From the human T2T-CHM13v2.0 reference genome, Homo sapiens: 64,000 nucleotides of DNA. A model generated the notes under the pieces. The model was not told the origin of the DNA and searched no databases. It saw nothing but the letters and a program-made list of their open reading frames with translations. A program made the position numbers and the translations under genes. This document shows positions 58,791 through 64,000 of the stretch, piece after piece. Location: the NCBI RefSeq assembly GCF_009914755.1, contig NC_060933.1; one strand, given 5' to 3'. Numbering within the stretch: the first letter of the stretch is position 1; each line of letters begins with the position of its first letter.

Positions 58791-61640
58791 GAGTTGAAGG
58801 CACACATCACAAAGAAGATTCTGAGAATACTTCTGTCTAGTTTTTATGTGAAGATATTTCCTTTTCCACTATATGCCCAAAAGCGCTACAAATGTCCACT
58901 AGCAGATTCTACAAAAAGAGTGTTTCAGAACTTCTCAATCAAAAGAATGGTTTAACTCTGTGAGTTGAATGTACACATCACAAAGAAGTTTCTGAGAATG
59001 CTGCTGTCTAGATTTTATGTGAAGATATTCCCGTTTCCAAGGAGGGCCTCAAGGGGTACCTAATATCCACTTGCAGATTCTACTAAAGGAGTGTTTCAAA
59101 ACGACTCTATGATAAGGTATGTTCCACTCTGTGAGTTGAAGGCAAACATCAAAAAGAAGTTTCTGAGAATGCTTCTCTCTAGTTTAGATGGGAAGATATT
59201 TCCTTTTCCACTATAGGCCTCAAAGTGTTCCAAGTGTCCACTTGCAGATTCTACAAAAAGAGTGTTTCAAAACTGCTCTATCAAAAGAAAGTTTCAACTC
59301 TGTGAAGTGAATGCACACATTACAAACAAGTTTCTGAGAATGATTCTGTCTAGTTTTTAGGTGAAGATATTCCCGTTTCCAACGAAGGCCTCAAAGCAGT
59401 CCAAATATCCACTAGCATATTCTACAACAAGAGTGTTTCAAAACTGCCCCATGAAAATGAATATTCAACTCTGTGAGTAGAATGCAAACATCACAAAGAA
59501 GTTTCTGAGAATGCTTCTGTCTAGTTTCTATGTGAAGATATTTCCTTTTCCACCATAAGCCTCAAAGCGCTCCAAATGTCCACTTCCACATTCAACAAAA
59601 AGAGAGTTTCAAAACTGCTCTATCAAAAGAAAGGTTCAACTCTGTGAGTTGAATGCAAACATCACAAAGAAGTTTCTGAGAATGCTTCTGTCTAGATTTT
59701 ATGTGAAGATATTTCCTTTTCTAACTTAGGCTGCAAAGCGCTTCAAATGTCCACTTACAGAATCTACAAAAAGAGTTTTTCCATAATTCTCAATCAAAAG
59801 AAAGGTTCAACTCTGTGAGATGAACGCACACATCACAAAGAAGTTTCTCAGAACTCTTCTCTTTAGTTTTTATGTGAAGATATTTCCTTTTCCACCATAG
59901 GCCTCAAAGCACTCCAAATGTCCACTTGCAGATTCTACAAAAAAAGAGGTTCAAAACTGCTCGATCAAAAGAAAGGTTTAACTCTGTGAGATGAATACAC
60001 ACATCACAAAGAGGTTTCTCACATTGGTTCTGTCTAGATTTTATGTGAAGATATTTCCTTTTATAACATAGGTCGCAAAGCGCTCCTAATGCCCAATTGC
60101 AGATTCTACAAAAAGAGTGTCTGTAAACTGCTCAATCAAAAGGAAGTTTCAACTCTGTGAGAAGAACGCACACATCACCAAGAAGTTTCTCAGAATTCTT
60201 CTGTCTAGTTTTCATGTGAAGATATTTCCTTTCCCACCATAGGCCTCAAAGCGCTCCAAATGTCCACTTGCAGATTCTACAAAAAGAGTGTTTCAAACCT
60301 GCTCTATCAAAAGAAAGGTTCAACTCAGTGAGTTGAATGCAAACATCACAAAGAAGTTTCTGAAAATGGTTCTGTCTAGTTTTTATGTGAAGATACTTCC
60401 TTTTCCAACATAGGTCTCAAAGGGATCCGAATGTCCAATGCAGATTCTGCAAAAACAGTGTTTCAAACCTGCTCTATCAAAAGAAAGGTTCAACTCTGTG
60501 AGTTGGATGCATACATCACCATCACAAAGAAGTTTCTGAGAATGCTTCTGTCTAGTTTTTATGTGAAGATATTTCCTTTTCCACCATAGGCCTCAAAGCG
60601 CTCAGAATGTTCACTTGCAGATACTACAAAAAGAGTGTTTGAAACCTGTTCTATCAAAAGAAAGGTTCAACTCTGTGAGTTGAATGTACATAGCCAAAGA
60701 AGTTTCGGAGAAAACTTCTGTCTAATGTTTATGTGAAGATATTCCCGTTTCCAACGAATGCCTCAACGCATTCCAAATATCCACTTACGGATTCTACAAA
60801 AAGAGTGTTTCAAAACTGTTCCATAAAAAGAAAGTTTCAACTCTATGAGTTGAATGTACACATCACAAGAAGTTTCTGAGGATGCTGCTGTCAGTTTTTA
60901 TGTGAAGATATTCCCATTTCCAACGAAGGCTTCAAAGCGATCCAAATATCCACTTGCAGATCCTACTAAAAGAGTGTTTCAAAACTACTCTATCATAAGG
61001 TATGTTCAACTCCATGAGTTGAAGGCAAACATCACAAAGAAGTTTCTGAGAATGCTTCTCTCTAGTTTTTGTGGGAAGATATTTGTTTTTCCACCATAGG
61101 CCTCAAAGCGCTCCAAATGTCCACTTGCAGATTCTATAAAAAAGTGTTTCAAATCTGCCCTGTCAAAAGAAAGGATCAACTCTGTGAGTTGAATGCGCAC
61201 AGAAAAAAGAAGTTTCAGAGAAACTTCTATCTAGTGATTATGTGAAGATATTCCCATTTCCAACGAAGGCCTCAAAGCGGTCCAAATATCCACTTGCAGA
61301 TTCTACTAAAAGAGTGTTTCAAAACTGCTCTATTATAAAGTATGTTCAAGTCTCTGAGTTGAATGCAAACAGCACACAGAAGTTTCTGAGAATGCTTCTG
61401 TCTAGTTTTTATGGGAAGATATTTGTTTTTCCACCATAGCCTTCAAATCTCTCCAAATGTCCACTTGCAGATTCTGCAAAAAGAGTGTTTCAAACCTGCT
61501 CTATCAAAAGAAAAGTTTAACTCTGTGAGTTGAATGCACACATCACAAAGATGTTTCTAAGAATGCTTCTGTCTAATTTTTATGTGAAGATATTTCCTTT
61601 TCCACCACAGGCCCAAAAGTCCTCCAAATGTCCACTTGCA
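58791..61640. repeat. Island of SF5-like A/B alpha satellite, partly overwritten by A-dimer sequence (59512-60240)
   Basis: gagttgaa, ctgagaatg and ataaggtatgttc return, with B boxes (intact cores at 59371 and 60743). Confidence 0.8.
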
Positions 61641-64000
61641 GATTCCACAAAAAGAGAGTTTCTAAACTGCTCTATCAAAAGAAACGTTTAACTCTGTGAG
61701 ATGAATGCACACATCACAAAGAAGTATCTCAGACTGCTTCTGTCTAGATATTATGTAAAGATGTTTCCTTTTCTACCATAGGACACAAAGCACTCCAAAT
61801 GTCCCCTTGCAGATTCTGGAAAAAGAGTGTTTCCTAACTGCTCAATCAAAAGAAAGTTTCAACTCTGTGAGATGAATACACACGTATCACAAAGAAGTTT
61901 CTCAGAATTCTTCTGTCTAGTTTTTATGTGAAGATATTTCCTTTTCCACTATAGGCCTCAAAGCACTTCAAATATCCACTTGCAGTTTCTACAAAAAGAG
62001 AGTTTCAAAACAGCTCATTCAAAAGAAAGGTTTAACTCTCTGAGATGAATGCAGACATAACAAAGATGTTTCTCAGACTGATTCTGCCTAGATTTTATGT
62101 GAAGGTATTTCCTTTTCTACCATAGGCCGCAAAGCTCTTCAAATGTCCAATTGCAGCTTCTAAAAAAAGGGTGTTTCCAAACTGCTCAGTCAAAAGAAAT
62201 GTTCAATTCTGTGAAATGAATGCAGGCATCACAAAGAAGTTTCTCAGATAGCTGCTGTCTAGATTTTATGTGAAGAAACTTCCTTTTCTACCACAGGCAG
62301 TGAAGCCCTCCAAATGTCCACTTGAAGATTCTTCAAAAAGAGAGTTTCAAAACTGCTCAATCAAAAGAAATGTTTAACTCTGAGAGATGAACACACACAT
62401 CACAAAGAAGTTTCTCAGAATGTTTTTGTCCAGTTATTATGTAAAGATATTTCGTTAACCACCATATGCCTCAAAACACTTCAAATGTCCACTTGCAGAT
62501 TTTACAAAAGAGAGTTTCAAAACTGCTCTATGAAAAGAAAGATTCAACTCTGTGAGATGAATGCACACATCACAAAGAAGTTTGTCAGGTTGCTTCTGTC
62601 TAGATTTTATGTGAAGATATTTCCTTGTCTACCATAGCTCACAAAGCGTTCCAAATGTCCACTTGCAGATTCTACAAAAAGAGTGTTCCCAAACCGCTCA
62701 ATCAAAAGTAAGGTTCAATTCTGTGAGATGAACGCACACATCACAAAGGAGTTTCTCAGAATTCTTCCGTCTAGTTTTTATGTGAAGATATTTCCTTTTC
62801 CACCACAGGCCTCAAAGCGCTCCAAATGTCCACTTGCAGTTTGTACAAAAAGGGAGACTCAAAATTGCTCCATTAAAAGGAAGGTTTTACTCTGTGAGAT
62901 GAATGCACACATCACAAAGATGTTTCTCAGATTGCTTCTGTCTAGATATTATGTAAAGATATTTCCTTTTCTACCATAGGCTGCAAAGCACTCCAAATGT
63001 CCACTTGAAGATTCTACAAAAAGAGTGTTTCCAAACTGCTCAATTAGAAGAAAGGTTCAACTCTGTGAGATGAACACACACATCACAAAGAAGTTTCTCA
63101 GAATTCTTCTGTCTGGTTTTTATGTGAAGATATTTCATTTTCCACCATAGGCCTCAAGGCACTCGAAATGTCCACTTGCAGATTCTACAAAAAGAGTATT
63201 TCAAAACTTGTCCACCAAAGAAAGTTTCAACTCTGGGACATGAATGCAAGCATCACAAAGAAGTTTCTGAGAATGCTTCTATCTCGTTTTTTTTTTGTGA
63301 AGATATTTCCTTTTCCAACATAGGCGTCAAATTCCTCCAAATGTCCACTTGCAGATTCTACAAGAAGAGAGTTTCAAAATTCCTCAATCAGTAGAAAGGT
63401 TTAACTCTGTGAGATGAATGCACACATCACAAAGAAGTTTCTCAGATTTCTTCTGTCTAGATTTTATGTGAAGTTATTTCTTTTTCTACCATAGGCCACG
63501 AAGCGCTCCATATGTCCACTTGCAGATTGTACAAAAAGCTTGTTTTGCAAACTGCTCAATCAAAAGAAAGGTTCAACTCTGTGAGATGAAAGCACGCATC
63601 ACAAGGAGTTTCTCAGAAATCTTCTGTCTAGTTTTTATGTGAAGATATTTCATTTTCCACCATAGGCCTCAAAGCGCTGCAAATGTCCACTTACAGATTC
63701 TACAAAAAGAGAGTTTCAAAACTGCTCAATCAAAAGAAAGGGTTAAACATGTGAGATGAACGCAAACATCAGAAAGAAGTTTCTCAGATTGCTTCTGTCT
63801 AGATTTTATGTGAAGATATTTCCTTTTCCACCATAGGCCTCAAAGCGCTCCAATGTCCACTTGCAGATTCTCCAAAAAGAGTGTTTCTAAACTGCTCAAT
63901 CAAAAGAAAGGTTCAACCCTGTGAAATAAATGGACACATCACAAAGAAGTTTCTCAGAATTCTTCTGTCTGGTTTTTATGTGAAGATATTTCCTTTTCCA
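61641..64000. repeat. Alpha satellite, A-type-only diverged dimer (same type as 50541-58790)
   Basis: gagatgaa, ctcagattgc/ctcagaattc alternation; no CENP-B boxes. Confidence 0.87.

Noticed and set aside
60514-60525. catcac-catcac 6-bp duplication and other small indels (15885, 18600, 31145)
   Set aside because: Ordinary slippage or decay in old satellite.
13808-63394. Dozens of 60-234 aa ORFs (MFQNCS.KR.VQLCELNA.ITKKFLRMLLSSFYVKIFPFP...)
   Set aside because: These are translations of the 171-bp (57-codon) monomer, which keeps frame between units. They are riddled with stops and indels and show no sign of coding constraint.

Overview
Primate pericentromeric DNA, most likely human (AluYa5, L1PA2-type LINE and CENP-B-box alphoid point to an African great ape). 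About 85% of the window is head-to-tail, single-orientation, diverged ~171-bp alpha satellite. It forms a mosaic of distinct domains: A-type only (SF4/M1-like), an SF1/SF01-like A/B dimer, two irregular A/B (SF5-like) domains, and a CENP-B-less A/A dimer. Two retroposed insertions interrupt it, both on the minus strand. (1) A ~3.07-kb polyadenylated, TSD-flanked retrocopy (613-3678) of a spliced chimeric transcript: LSP1-pseudogene exons, an unidentified exon, antisense ANKRD36-family exon 1/CpG island, an antisense LAVA-like VNTR composite, and an HERV-H LTR7 poly(A) end. (2) A near-full-length dead L1PA2-like element (~7270-13607) with a nested AluYa5 and no TSD. No intact protein-coding gene is present; the many short ORFs are satellite artefacts. 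I found no evidence of a new enzymatic or biological system. The most unusual items are the chimeric retrocopy with its LAVA-like segment and several duplication/conversion scars in the satellite. Family assignments rest on recalled consensus sequences, not on database searches.
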